Source of the DNA: Antedon mediterranea | Taxonomy: Eukaryota; Animalia; Echinodermata | Reading direction: 5' to 3' | NCBI RefSeq assembly: GCF_964355755.1 | Contig: NC_092673.1 | Coordinates: 20,271,648-20,335,647 of the forward strand | DNA length: 64,000 nt | Shown: piece after piece, positions 24,492 through 37,039 of the stretch | How the letters are laid out: every line of letters starts with the position of its first letter | Position numbering within the stretch: the first letter of the stretch is position 1 | Position numbers and translations under genes: made by a program | Notes under the pieces: generated by a model | Seen by the model: the letters and a program-made list of their open reading frames with translations, nothing else | The model's database searches: none | Told to the model about the DNA's origin: nothing

Positions 24492-27400
24492 ATGGATGAC
24501 ATTGAAAGTAACTTCAGGGACTTAAAGCGTGATCTTAGTAAATACTATAAAGGTCTCAACTACCTATGGTTGAGATTCCTCCTTTATGATTTCATACCGG
24601 GAGAATATTTAACCCGCCCAGATTTCACAGGAAATAATTTATTTAATAAACTCCAAACATCTGGTCATATTGGACCTGATAATGTTAATCTTTTGTTAGA
24701 AGTTACTGAAATATCAGATTTTAGAGATGCTAAGAATCTTGTAATTCAGTATAGGAAAACTAATAATGTTTACATTGTTGGGCAAGACAATAATTTGTCT
24801 ACATTTCGGAAGCAACTATTTCAGGCCATAAACCAATGTGGACCAGAGGATCTGAATGAAGTTATTGGTTACTATGGACTAGAGGATTTTAATTTGAAAA
24901 ATCTTTGGGACGTTGTGTTTAAATGAGAGAGAGACGGTCTTTTAAAAGATGAATCAAGCAAGATTAAGTTTAAACGTTTGCTTGTACAACGTGCACAGGA
25001 TGAAGTGTTATGTATTGGTATGTATTTTTTTTTCATATTTTACATCCTCTTATGTCTGACAAAAGTATAAAATCCATGAAAATTACTGAAAACTGACAAT
25101 GCTGTGGGTATCAGTAACTGGATCTCAATGGAGACGAATAAAACAAGCAATGAGTTTTTATTAATCTCTGGAACAGCTGTAGCATTAAGTATTTTTTTTG
25201 CAAGATTTACATTAATCGAAACAAAGTTTTCAAATATGTAAAATGAATCATTTCAACAATAAGGGTTTTTTTTCAGATGAACCTGGAACATCAAAACACT
25301 TCACTGGATCAAGAAATCCACAAAGTAGGTATAATTATTTATCATTAATATATTATCAACCAGAGGGTACTCCGAGAGTACAAACCTCTGCCTACTGTAA
25401 AATTCCTCTACATATAATAATACCACATTTATATAGCGCCTTTTTCATGAGTAATCATGCTCAAAGGCGCTTTACAAGCATTATTACCCCCAGTATTTTT
25501 TGGGATCAAACACGTATGGAAACATACTCCCATAATGCAGCCGGTTACCAGCGCAAAGTTGTTTCTAGATCTACATAAAGTGTCCCCGGAAAATATATAT
25601 TTTTTTGAATTTGAATTTGTTTTTATTAGTTCTAAGTGTACTGTAAATATGCTAACTGCACACTAAAAAGCTGTGGATGTGAGTTTGGTGTAATGGTTAT
25701 CCAACTTCTTACAGTTGAGATCGCTGGTTCAAGTCCCGCTGAGGTTTTTTTTTTTTATTATTATTTTTTTATTTCATTTCTTTTTTTTTGTGGACCTTGA
25801 GCTTTGCCCCTGACCCTTCAAAATTTAACCACAACTAGATTTGAACTCGTCACTACGGACGAGTTAGGTTATCCGCAGCGCAAAGGCCACGTGCACGTCA
25901 TACGTCAGAATATTGCGCGCAGAAAAACGATTAAGGCATTGAAACAATTTCAGTGTGCTCTCTATTTTTCGTCACGTCTGAGTATATACGGTGTACACTA
26001 TATACTGTATACGTACTACATACAGTGCAGAATAGGTGAAAATAAGTGACCAAAGTTATTGACGCTTTTGAACATGATGACGTCATCACAATTTTTAAAA
26101 TGGTGAATCGTGCGAAAGATAATTGATTGACCTAGACAACCTAAAAAAATGGGGGGGAAATGGAATACAAATAAGTGGAGATGCGCTATATTAAATGTGA
26201 CGAGCTACGAGGAAAGAGACAAAAATCCTATATTTTATATTCGAGTGGCCATACGATGACGTCACAATGTCTGGTTAGCCATATTGATGCATGATTTGAT
26301 ATCTGCAACTCATCTACTAGTCTGGGTTCCAGACGGAGTTTTGTCTTAATATTAGTAAAAAGATAAATATTTTGGCACATATGGCGTTTCATACATATAC
26401 TACTTGATTTTGGATACTCCGTCTGGAGAAACACGCACAAGTCACGTGGTTTGACACCAAGAATTCTTGGTGCATACGATTATCCGGTTGACTAGTTTCA
26501 GCTGCATGCAATTGGCTACTCACTCGTACACCGTTTTAATATTCATATTTCAGAATTTCAAAGACTCAACAACTAAGATGATGCGCATGCGCTATGTTAC
26601 GTTTAGACAATGTGTACTTGGGTACATTTATGAAAGTTTCTGAAGGCTAGAAATTATTTTATATGCCTAGTAGTCTGGTAAACATTTGATGGGATTTTTT
26701 GAACATGAAAACTCGTCTTGATATGATAGGCTATAGCTTCTCCGCAAATCAAACATTGAATGGATCATTTATTACGCGGAGATAATTTTGATATAATTCC
26801 CACCCAGACCCTGTCCTGTTCTGTGTGGTGGTGTAGTCCTGTTGTGTGCCGGTGGTGGTATGTAGGGCTACTTTATTGGCGTTTTATTTGGCAGGTCATG
26901 CGTGCGAGTTGAGTGGGACCTACGAAAGAAGCCTAGGCCAAGGACTAAACAATTAATAAACAAAACAACTTGGCATTACGATTTTGTATTTCAACAGTCT
27001 CGATCGTACATTCAGCACTGTACGTACGTCTCGATCTTTTTCATTTTGAAAATGATCATTGGTTGATTCGAAATCCATATTTACATACCGCCCGCCCCAT
27101 ATAGCCAAATACGGTATGATAACCTACGTCATTCTTATCGGATGTTTGCGGTCTGCAAATCGATTTCTATACGTGTTTCACAAGTCTGTATTTTCAGACA
27201 AAAATCGCGGTCGAAATAAAAATAAATAAATAAAAAAAAAAAGATAATACAGACTTGGGGCAAGTCTACTCATCTACTACCAGAATATGTAATTATAAAA
27301 AAGTTCACCACGTACTTTAGAATCTATTACTGTTTAAAAAAAGGCATAATTTTGACAAATTTTTGAACTTTTTCATCAAAAATGCGCGTAAATTGTTTAA

Positions 27401-30400
27401 TTCTACATGCTCGTATGACGTGATTTTAAGTTGAAATTGTTTGAAAGTTGGTAAATTTTCTAAAAAAGACAGGAAAAACAAAAATCAAGCAAAAAAATGT
27501 TTTTTTGAAATGCTCAAAATGACATGAAACGCGTAGAAAGTTGATTAGATATTGATTTTTCGCATTTTGAAATTTTAAACGCGCATGCGCAAGTAACTTT
27601 TTGTGAAACATGCCATTTTTAATCCATAGAAAGTTTGCGCATTATATGACTTAAATGTTCACCAAGTTTCAATACAAAAGGACTTTTAGTTTTTATTCTA
27701 TGATCAATCATTGAAATTCACAAAATCGCGCGTAACTTACGCTGCGCGACTCGAAATTTGAAAAAAAAAGTTTCTTGCACATATACAACTACAGGGCAAT
27801 CTTTTGACAAAGTTATACAATCATTTGTTAGCCAGAATTAGAGATATGCTTGCAACAAAATTCATGGAAAGAAAGAAAAATATCGAAAAAAAAAAGAAGA
27901 AAAGATCCTGACAATAACAAGGGGTTATCCGCCAAGTGCGGATAACCAATTATATGATGAGTCATTGATCATTGTGACTAAGTTTGGTGAGAATCTGATA
28001 AAAATTGTGGTCTCTAGGCAGTAAAATATTTTTTTGTTAGTGACCTTGACCTATGACCTTTTCCTCTCAAATTCAAACTCGTCCGAGCTTTTGGGGAATA
28101 GATCATTGTGGCCAAATTTGGTGAGAATCGGATAAAAACTGTGGCCTCCAGGCTGTTCACAGACACACACACGCACACAAACACACAAACATACAGGGGT
28201 GAACATATAACCTCCTTGGCGGAGGTAATAATATACAAATAATGAATGTTTATGAGTGCAATGGTACAAATAATGGCACGAGGTGAATGATGAAAGGTTA
28301 TATCAACGAGGCAAAGCCGAGTTGATATAACCTTTCATCATTCACCAAGTGCCATTATTTGTACCATTACACGAATACAAAACATTCATTATTTGTTTTA
28401 TATAACATCTAGACGTTTTTTTTTCGTACACAAAAATGTTTCAAAAAGTACTATTTAACGATCGTTGAATAGTGCGTACTATTGCACGCCATGTGACCCA
28501 CATTCGTCCAATCAAATGACAGGAATTTATATAGGTGTTATATAATAATAAATAAATCATTTTCTACCAAAAAGTGTAAAATACAACACAAAATTTCTAG
28601 TTCTAGAGAACTGAATAATAGTATACAAATATTTACTGGGATGAGGGGCATGGGTAAAAATAGAGCCCAAGGTGATCTGGAGACATACTATATCCCAAGA
28701 CAAAGTCAAAGAATATGGTATAGTCTCCAGATCCCGAGGGCTATATTTTTTAACGTGCCCCAATGTAAGCCCAGTAAATATTTGTCTTATATACCGTACC
28801 ACGCAATTCGTCTGTAGGCTAGGCCGAAGTGAACCAATCCATGGACTTGGTCTTAGGCTAGCCTAGGTGCGCCTAGCTAGCTAGTATTAGTTGAACGATT
28901 GGCGATTAACCAATCGGATGCTGTGAATTGAAAGGTGCCAGATTATTTACTGGCACCTTTCAATTCGCGGAATCTGATTGAAAAATTGCCGGTCTATATT
29001 GCCATGTCCTCAAACTATAGACCGGCTAAACTGCTCATGTCTGTTTCCTCTATCTTCTTCTTTCATACAATCGGATCCACACGTGCAACGCAATGATTGC
29101 GTGGCTAGCCCTATGATTATTAACTTGTTTATGAGCTGACATATCTGGAAGGGACGAATTATAAAATGCATACATTTTTTGTTAGCTTTTTCACAGCTAA
29201 ACGGTCCCACTAACTAGGCCTACCCCAACCAAGTCCATGTTCGGCCTTACAGTATGAAAAACAAATATTTCCTTCCATCGGGGCATGGTAAAAAATATAG
29301 CCCTCACCCTCAGTGATCTGGAGACTATACTATATCCCGAGACAAAGTAAACATTTGTATACTATATAATATCTTGGTTAATAATTATGTACTGTATTAT
29401 AAATATTCAATTTTAATTCATATTTCTAGTAAATTCTTTGTAATCTTGTTCTTGTTCTTTTTTTGATTTTGATCAAATAGGTAAATGAATTTATTGTAAT
29501 ATTTGAAGTGGACAGTGTAAAATTGTAAACATGTATTTTTTTTATTTTACAGATGAACCTGGGACATCAAAACAGACGAAAATATCAAGTATGTTTTATT
29601 CATTTGGGTGATGTGTGAAATTTGATATATAAAAGTGAATTTTCAGGAGAATGTAAAAATCTTAAAAGATTTACTATTTCATGGTACAGTTCTAAACACA
29701 GGCTATTTTGTTTTGTACAGATCAACCTGGAACATCAAAACAAGAAATGCAGTCAAAAAGTAAAGGTATAGTTTACTCATTATAGGGTAACATTGTCAAT
29801 TAAGCAGCATTTATATTTTCTGAACATAATAAAATATAGAGATGATGTATCAATGATTGTAGGTTTTGATTTTGAGCATGGCAATCAAGTTGATGATAAT
29901 GGCAGTAAATAACTTTATAATAAAATAAATAATAATAATAATAATAAAAATGTTAATTCTTTGAGACTTGAGCGAGTCAAATGGCAAAGCGGTTAAGGCT
30001 GGGATGCCGTTTACCGTACCTAAAGAGCCAACAATATTGGCATGAGTTCAAGACTGACTCGCTCCTTAGGACTATAAACTGTAGGTCCAGTGTACACATT
30101 TATGTAACCTTTGTTCACATTAAAGAACCCAGTTCATCATTCGAGATGAGTAGAGGATAACTTTGGTGAAATGGTTCACAAAGTATGTATCTGATAGGAC
30201 AGTGATTACTTTACTACTAGTAATCCTTGGCCACATGTGCCAAGACATTAAAATACAATAAATAAGATGAGTTTTAACCTGTATTATTACCTAATAAATG
30301 ATAGGTTTAGCTGTACATTTTAAATTGTGGGCAATGATTACTATATTATTATATATAGTATATTACAAAATAGGAAAAAATTGTAACAAACAATTATAAA

Positions 30401-33400
30401 TAAATCACTTACAATTTTATTATATATTTTTGCTATTTTAAATTCCTATTAAGTATTATATTACCAATTGTGCATTATGTGCTGCACAAATATAGATAGA
30501 TCACACTCATATATAAAGGCCACAGGCAGAACATATTACTAGGGAAAGACTAAATGAATAAATATTTAGAACCTTACATGTAATATTTTAATATTTCAGA
30601 TGAGAAAATAAGACACTATCTGCTAAGCAATCAACAAAAAGTATACCGCACATTCCATCAGTTTACACCACAAATCATGAATTCTGCATTTGAAGTAGAT
30701 ATTGCTGACATTTTCGCCGAACTGGAACTACTACAATCAAACACACAGGAAGGCAATCAACCTATAGAATTGAAAGGTCTTGTAGAAAGAATCACACCTA
30801 AATGCAGAGTTCTCATCAGTGGTGAAGGAGGTATTGGTAAAACTACCTTACTGAGGTATTTTGCATATAACTGGGCTACTAAAGATAAATTTGAAATTTT
30901 TAAAGGTAAAATACTATTTCTTATCAATATTAGAGATTTAGAGAAAGGTGACAATATTTTAGATGCAATTGTAAAACCAATTGAGCTTGAAGATTTTAGC
31001 TTGTCAACAGGTCTATCAGGAGATGATCCAAACTTGATTAAGAAATTTTTAATGGATCATGATGATGAAATTGTATTACTGTTAGATGGTTTAGATGAAT
31101 TAAGATTTCAAAACAAAAGCCCACTACGTCTTTTCAAACGGGAAAGACTAGAGAATAGTTCAGTGGTAGTTACTTCTCGTTCAGTAAATATAGATGATTA
31201 CATTAAGACAAGTAATTTACATGTGGAAGTAAAAGGATTTGATAAGGAAAATGTGACTAAATATATTAGAAAATATTTTGAATATGTTCAGAAGTTTAAA
31301 TTGGGAGATGCTCTTGTTGAAAAGATACATTCACATCTAGCATATGAAATGTGCAAAAATCCAATGCTGCTTCTCTCAATTTGTTTCATGTGGGAAGAAG
31401 AGCAACACCTTCCAACTGACGAAGCAGATCTTTTTAAATCTTTTTTCCTATGCATTTTGAATCAGCTTAACAAACAAAAAAATGCTAAAAAAATCTTAAA
31501 ATTTGAAAAAATACCAAATGATTATCTAACACCAATGCTTCTGTTAGGAAAGTGTATGTATCAAAGATTAAAGAATAATCAACTTTCATTTAAGGAAAGT
31601 GAAATAAATTCTTTAGCTATCAGGGATGAAGTAGATGATAAACTTGCTCTACAACTTGGGTTTGTATATGAAGATACCACACTCTTAAAAAAGTCTGATT
31701 TGGCAAAAACCTTTACAGCTCCTCACAAGTTAATTGTAGAATCCTTGGTTGGGTTTTACCTATACAAACTATGTGAAATTGATGGTTTGCAGAATGAGAG
31801 TAAGAATATGCTACTTTCATCATTAAGTGATGAAGAATGGGAGAATATAAGAGAAAGTGAACATTTAAAAATGGCACGTGAATTTGCAATTGGATTTCTT
31901 GGTGTCAATGCTGCAAAGTTGTTGAAACATTGGATTACAAATAGTTTTCCAACATATCGTTCTTTGATCTTACTTTTCAAAGAAGTGGTTAATGATGAGC
32001 ATGTGAAAGAGGTAGAAACTAACCTTATGAAATATATAACAACAACAAAGTTAGACATACAAATTAATGATGTATGTAACTCATTAAGAATTTTTCTCAT
32101 TCATCATAGACTAAATAAAAATGTACATACAGAAAATGTATTATACCTTATGAGAAAAGTTCATGACATATCTCCAGAAGAAATTGCTGGCAACCTATTT
32201 TATAGTGATATGACATCTGAAGCAAAGGGTAAAGTACATGCACACAGTTTGATTGCTGTGTCAGATCAAGAATGGATTTTGAACTGGATTCCTGGGGATT
32301 GTATGGATTATGTAGTAGATGAATGTGAAAAATACAATATGAAATATGACATAAACAAACTTTGTATTTGTCATAAAACAACTGCTGCATACTTAGTTCA
32401 TATTTTAACAAATTCACCAGACCTGACAGAGTTCTATGCATCTCATAATACTATTACAGGTATCATTTTTAATGATGTAGGGTTAGGCCTCCAATGTTAT
32501 AGTAAATCAGTTCTTTCAGGTGAAGTAATACATGCTACAAATATGCAACCAATAATGTTAACATTAAACACCATTAATATAAGTGATAATAATCTCAGTC
32601 AAATTGATGGTGCTTTACTGGCATCTTTAATCTGTATGATTCCAGATATTTCAGGTACTAGGTTTGGTGTGCATCAACTTTGTATGAATAATTGCAATTT
32701 ATCAGGTGAGATAATGAATAATATGATCATAGAGTGTTCTAGTAGAAAAGCTACCTTGAGATTATCTAAACTGGATATAACTGATAATAATCTCAGTCAA
32801 ATTGATGGTGCTTTACTGGCATCTTTAATCTGTATGAATAAAGATAGATCAGGTAGGCCTGGTTTGCCTGAACTTAATATGCATAATTGCAATTTATCAG
32901 GTGAGGTGATGAATAATATGATCACAGAGTGTTCTAGTAGAAAAGCTACCTTGAGATTATCTATACTGGATATAAGTGATAATAATCTCAGTCAAATTGA
33001 TGGTGCTTTACTGGCATCTTTAATCTGTATGAATAAAGATAGATCAGGTATGTTTGGTTTTCTTCTACTTAATATGCATAATTGCAATTTATCAGGTGAG
33101 GTGATGAATAATATGATCACAGTGTGTTCTAGTAGAAGAGTTACCTTAAGGTTATATGTATTGTATATAAGTGATAATAATATCAGTCAAATTGATGGTG
33201 CTTTACTGGCATATTTAATCTGTATGAATAAAGATAGATCAGGTAGGCCTGGTTTGAATCAACTTAATATGCATAATTGCAATTTATCAGGTGAGGTGAT
33301 GAATAATATGATCATAGAGTGTTCTAGTAGAAAAGCTACCTTGGGGTTATATCAACTAGATATAAGTGATAATAATCTCAGTCAAATTGATGGTGCTTTA

Positions 33401-35485
33401 CTGGCATCTTTAATCTGTATGAATAGTAAAGATAGATCAGGTAGGCCTGGTTTGCCTGAACTTAATATGCATAATTGCAATTTATCAGGTGAGGTGATGA
33501 ATAATATGATCACAGAGTGTTCTAGTAGAACAGCTACCTTCAGATTATCTAAACTGGATATAAGTGATAATAATCTCAGTCAAATTGATGGTGCTTTACT
33601 GGCATCTTTAATCTGTATGAATAAAGATAGATCAGGTAGGCTTGGTTCGTCTCAACTTAATATGCATAATTGCAATTTATCAGGTGAGGTGATGAATAAT
33701 ATGATCAAAGAGTTTTCTAGTAGAAAAATTACCCTAATGTTAGATAACCTAGATATGAGTGATAATATTCTCAGTCAAATTGATGGTGCTTTACTGGTAT
33801 CTTTAATCTGTATGAATAAAAATAGATCAGGTAGGCCTGGTTTGCCTGAACTTAATATGCATAATTGCAATTTATCAGGTGAGATATTAAATAATATGAT
33901 CATAGAGTGTTCTAGTAGAAAAGTTACCTTGAGATTATCTAAACTGGATATAAGTGATAATAATCTCAGTCAAATTGATGGTGCTTTACTGGCATCTTTA
34001 ATCTGTATGAATAAAAATAGATCAGGTAGGCCTGGTTTGCCTGAACTTAATATGCATAATTGCAATTTATCAGGTGAGATATTAAATAATATGATCATAG
34101 AGTGTTCTAGTAGAAAAGTTACCTTGAGATTATCTAAACTGGATATAAGTGATAATAATCTCAGTCAAATTGATGGTGCTTTACTGGCATCTTTAATCTG
34201 TATGAATAAAGATAGCTCAGGTAAGCCTGGTTTGAATCAACTTAATATGCATAATTGCAATTTATCAGGTGAGATGATGAATAATATGATCATAGAGTGT
34301 TCTAGTAGAAAAGCTACCTTGGGGTTATATCAACTAGATATAAGTGATAATAATCTCAGTCAAATTGATGGTGCTTTACTGGCATCTTTAATCTGTATGA
34401 ATAGTAAAGATAGATCAGGTAGGCCTGGTTTGCCTGAACTTAATATGCATAATTGCAATTTATCAGGTGAGGTGATGAATAATATGATCACAGAGTGTTC
34501 TAGTAGAACAGCTACCTTCAGATTATCTAAACTGGATATAAGTGATAATAATCTCAGTCAAATTGATGGTGCTTTACTGGCATCTTTAATCTGTATGAAT
34601 AAAGATAGATCAGGTAGGCTTGGTTCGTCTCAACTTAATATGCATAATTGCAATTTATCAGGTGAGGTGATGAATAATATGATCAAAGAGTTTTCTAGTA
34701 GAAAAATTACCCTAATGTTAGATAACCTAGATATGAGTGATAATAATCTCAGTCAAATTGATGGTGCTTTACTGGTATCTTTAATCTGTATGAATAAAAA
34801 TAGATCAGGTAGGCCTGGTTTGCCTGAACTTAATATGCATAATTGCAATTTATCAGGTGAGATATTAAATAATATGATCATAGAGTGTTCTAGTAGAAAA
34901 GTTACCTTGAGATTATCTAAACTGGATATAAGTGATAATAATCTCAGTCAAATTGATGGTGCTTTACTGGCATCTTTAATCTGTATGAATAAAAATAGAT
35001 CAGGTAGGCCTGGTTTGCCTGAACTTAATATGCATAATTGCAATTTATCAGGTGAGATATTAAATAATATGATCATAGAGTGTTCTAGTAGAAAAGTTAC
35101 CTTGAGATTATCTAAACTGGATATAAGTGATAATAATCTCAGTCAAATTGATGGTGCTTTACTGGCATCTTTAATCTGTATGAATAAAGATAGCTCAGGT
35201 AAGCCTGGTTTGAATCAACTTAATATGCATAATTGCAATTTATCAGGTGAGATGATGAATAATATGATCAAAGAGTTTTCTAGTATAAAAACCCTAAGAT
35301 TAGATAACCTAGATATGAGTGATAATAATCTCAGTCAAATTGATGGTGCTTTACTGGCATCTTTAATCTGTATGATGGAAGGTGGTTGGCTTGGTTTGCT
35401 TCAACTTAATATGCATAATTGCAATTTATCAGGTGAGATGATAATTATGATAGAAAGTCTAAATAGAAGAGTAGTGATAACGTGA
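24492..35485 (+). CDS. NLR-1: DED-like x2 - linker - NACHT - LRR receptor, with a premature TGA at 24924-24926
   Basis: Exons 24492-25017, 25277-25324, 29553-29588, 29721-29765, 30600-35485, all phase 1 with GT/AG; Walker A GEGGIGKTT, Walker B LLLLDGLDE, VVVTSR, VKGF, NPMLL; 15 LRR double units. Confidence 0.9.
27918..28230 (+). mobile_element. Helentron/HINE-like non-autonomous element ends in NLR-1 intron
   Basis: Hairpins GGTTATCCGC-CAAGT-GCGGATAACC (about 27923-27947) and ACCTCC-TTGGC-GGAGGT (about 28210-28226), the latter preceded by a (CA)-rich tract. Confidence 0.5.
28235..28397. repeat. Long inverted repeat (about 70-bp stem, GAGGCAAAGCCGA loop), MITE-like
   Basis: ggtgaatgatgaaaggttatatcaac / gttgatataacctttcatcattcacc are perfect complements; the stem extends imperfectly outward. 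Confidence 0.85.
29978..30265 (+). mobile_element. tRNA-derived SINE (Deu/Nin-core-like), degenerate copy
   Basis: A-box-like TGGCAAAGCGG, B-box-like GAGTTCAAGAC, core AGGACTATAAAC.GTAGGTCC...TAAAGAACCCAG; paralogous to 46528-46870. Confidence 0.65.
32560..35440 (+). repeat. Coding tandem array: 15 units of 195 bp (65 aa, two LRRs per unit)
   Basis: SQIDGALL occurs 15 times; anchor aaattgatgg at 32601, 32799, 32994 and onward. Confidence 0.95.
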
Positions 35486-37039
35486 TATCTATATTTACTG
35501 ACCATATTTTCAAATCTTTTTGTGTAATAAATTGTATGTATCTAAAGAATGTAAGAATAGACTGACACTGACAGTCAGAATTATGTATCTCAAAGTCAAA
35601 TCATTCAAATGTAAGAGTAAATGGTAAATACAAATATTGCACTATGCAAATTTTAAATGTAAACCCACTGGTTTGCATATGAATAATAATAATTTTTTTG
35701 TACAACTTGTCTATCAATTTAACAAAATGTGTATTTGATATCCAAATCATTTTAGTTTCTAGTTCAACTTGCATATTTTACATCTAGACAATTACTGTAA
35801 GCATAATAGTAGTAGAACCCCAACAAAATGTCTCCTTAATTGGGTTGTGAGGTACAGTAATTTCCCGTAATCAAAACGGTACTGGGTATGGTCTACTAGC
35901 GTTCCTGCTCCCAACTCGTCATCCATTCATAGAAGTAAGCCTACCTGGTGGTGAACATAGACATACATCTATGCCCCTCTTGATATGTTTGTAATGTTAA
36001 ACATATATGCCTATTGTGTCCCTTGGGTTGGCCACTCTTTCATTTAACCAGAAAGTGGTCCTTTAACATAGATGTCCCAGAGGCATTCTACTGTGTAATG
36101 TTATCTTAATTAAGCCGTAATGTTATGTTGTTTTATTAATGAAGACTAATTGTTAAAAATATAAATTATGCATATTTTTCAAATCAGAATTCATGTGTAC
36201 TTTAGTTATTAATTTGCATTAAAACTTCATTATATTTTTTGTGAATTATTTATATCTTATTATGTTGATATAACAGTAACATCATAGTATGTAAACAAAT
36301 CAATTTGATTCTCAATTTTTAGTTCATTCTATTTTTGAAAACAGGTACTGTCATAATTAGTACATTTCAATTTTAGTTATACTGTATAGTATTTTGTCTT
36401 CTGAAACTGTTCATAATTTATGGTACATGACTTTTATACGGATATAGTACAGTACCAATATTTTTGTATACATATGCATTTTATTAAAAGTTATGTTTGT
36501 GTTTTAAATAACTATGGTTTACATAAATACAATTATTATTATTATCTGTATGTCAATATGATAATTTGTGATTAAAGAAACAAGTAAAATATGTATAGTG
36601 TTATGTTTGAATGTAGTAAACCAAATAACAAAAAGAAACATGATTGAATCACTGTTGTCTACACAATTGGTTTGGAAATGCTAAAAGCAGAAGTACATAA
36701 ATCATTAACACTGAAAATCTAGCATTTGTATGTTCATATCGGACGCGTCGTCACAGAGCGTTGATTCTGGCCTTGTGGACCCAGAGGGTGTTGCCAGACT
36801 TAAATTGTGAGCTGCAAAACGATACTGTAAAAGAAGTTGGTCACTCCCAAGTGAATAACCATTGTGCCAAAATATTTTGAATGAAAATATGGTTTGAAAA
36901 AGAAACACAAAACAACTTATAATTAATATATTTATTACAGAATGTTTTTAATAAAATTATTTTTACAGAAAGATAGTAATTGTCACTTGCTCATTAAAAT
37001 TAGACAGTGTTGACACATTGATCTCTATGTTTGACCTTT

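Larger units (their letters stand above)
24016..36590 (+). repeat. Segmental duplication copy 1 (paralogous to 40032-47261)
   Basis: Shared start atgtgaactaaactacctactggggcc and shared 3' UTR end (attatctgtatgtcaatatgataatttgtgattaaag); exons and intron parts align by eye. Confidence 0.9.

Noticed and set aside
24924-24926. Selenocysteine or programmed readthrough at the NLR-1 TGA
   Set aside because: The paralogue has Leu (TTA), not Cys; the context is TGA-G rather than TGA-CTA; no SECIS recognised.
25675-25745. tRNA gene
   Set aside because: A-box and B-box-like motifs are present but there is no consistent cloverleaf; likely a SINE head relic (similarly about 38850-38910 on the minus strand).
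32560-35440. CRISPR-like or VLR-like donor-cassette system for the LRR array
   Set aside because: The constant/variable alternation is in-frame protein coding, there are no cas genes, and I found no free LRR donor cassettes outside the two genes in this window.
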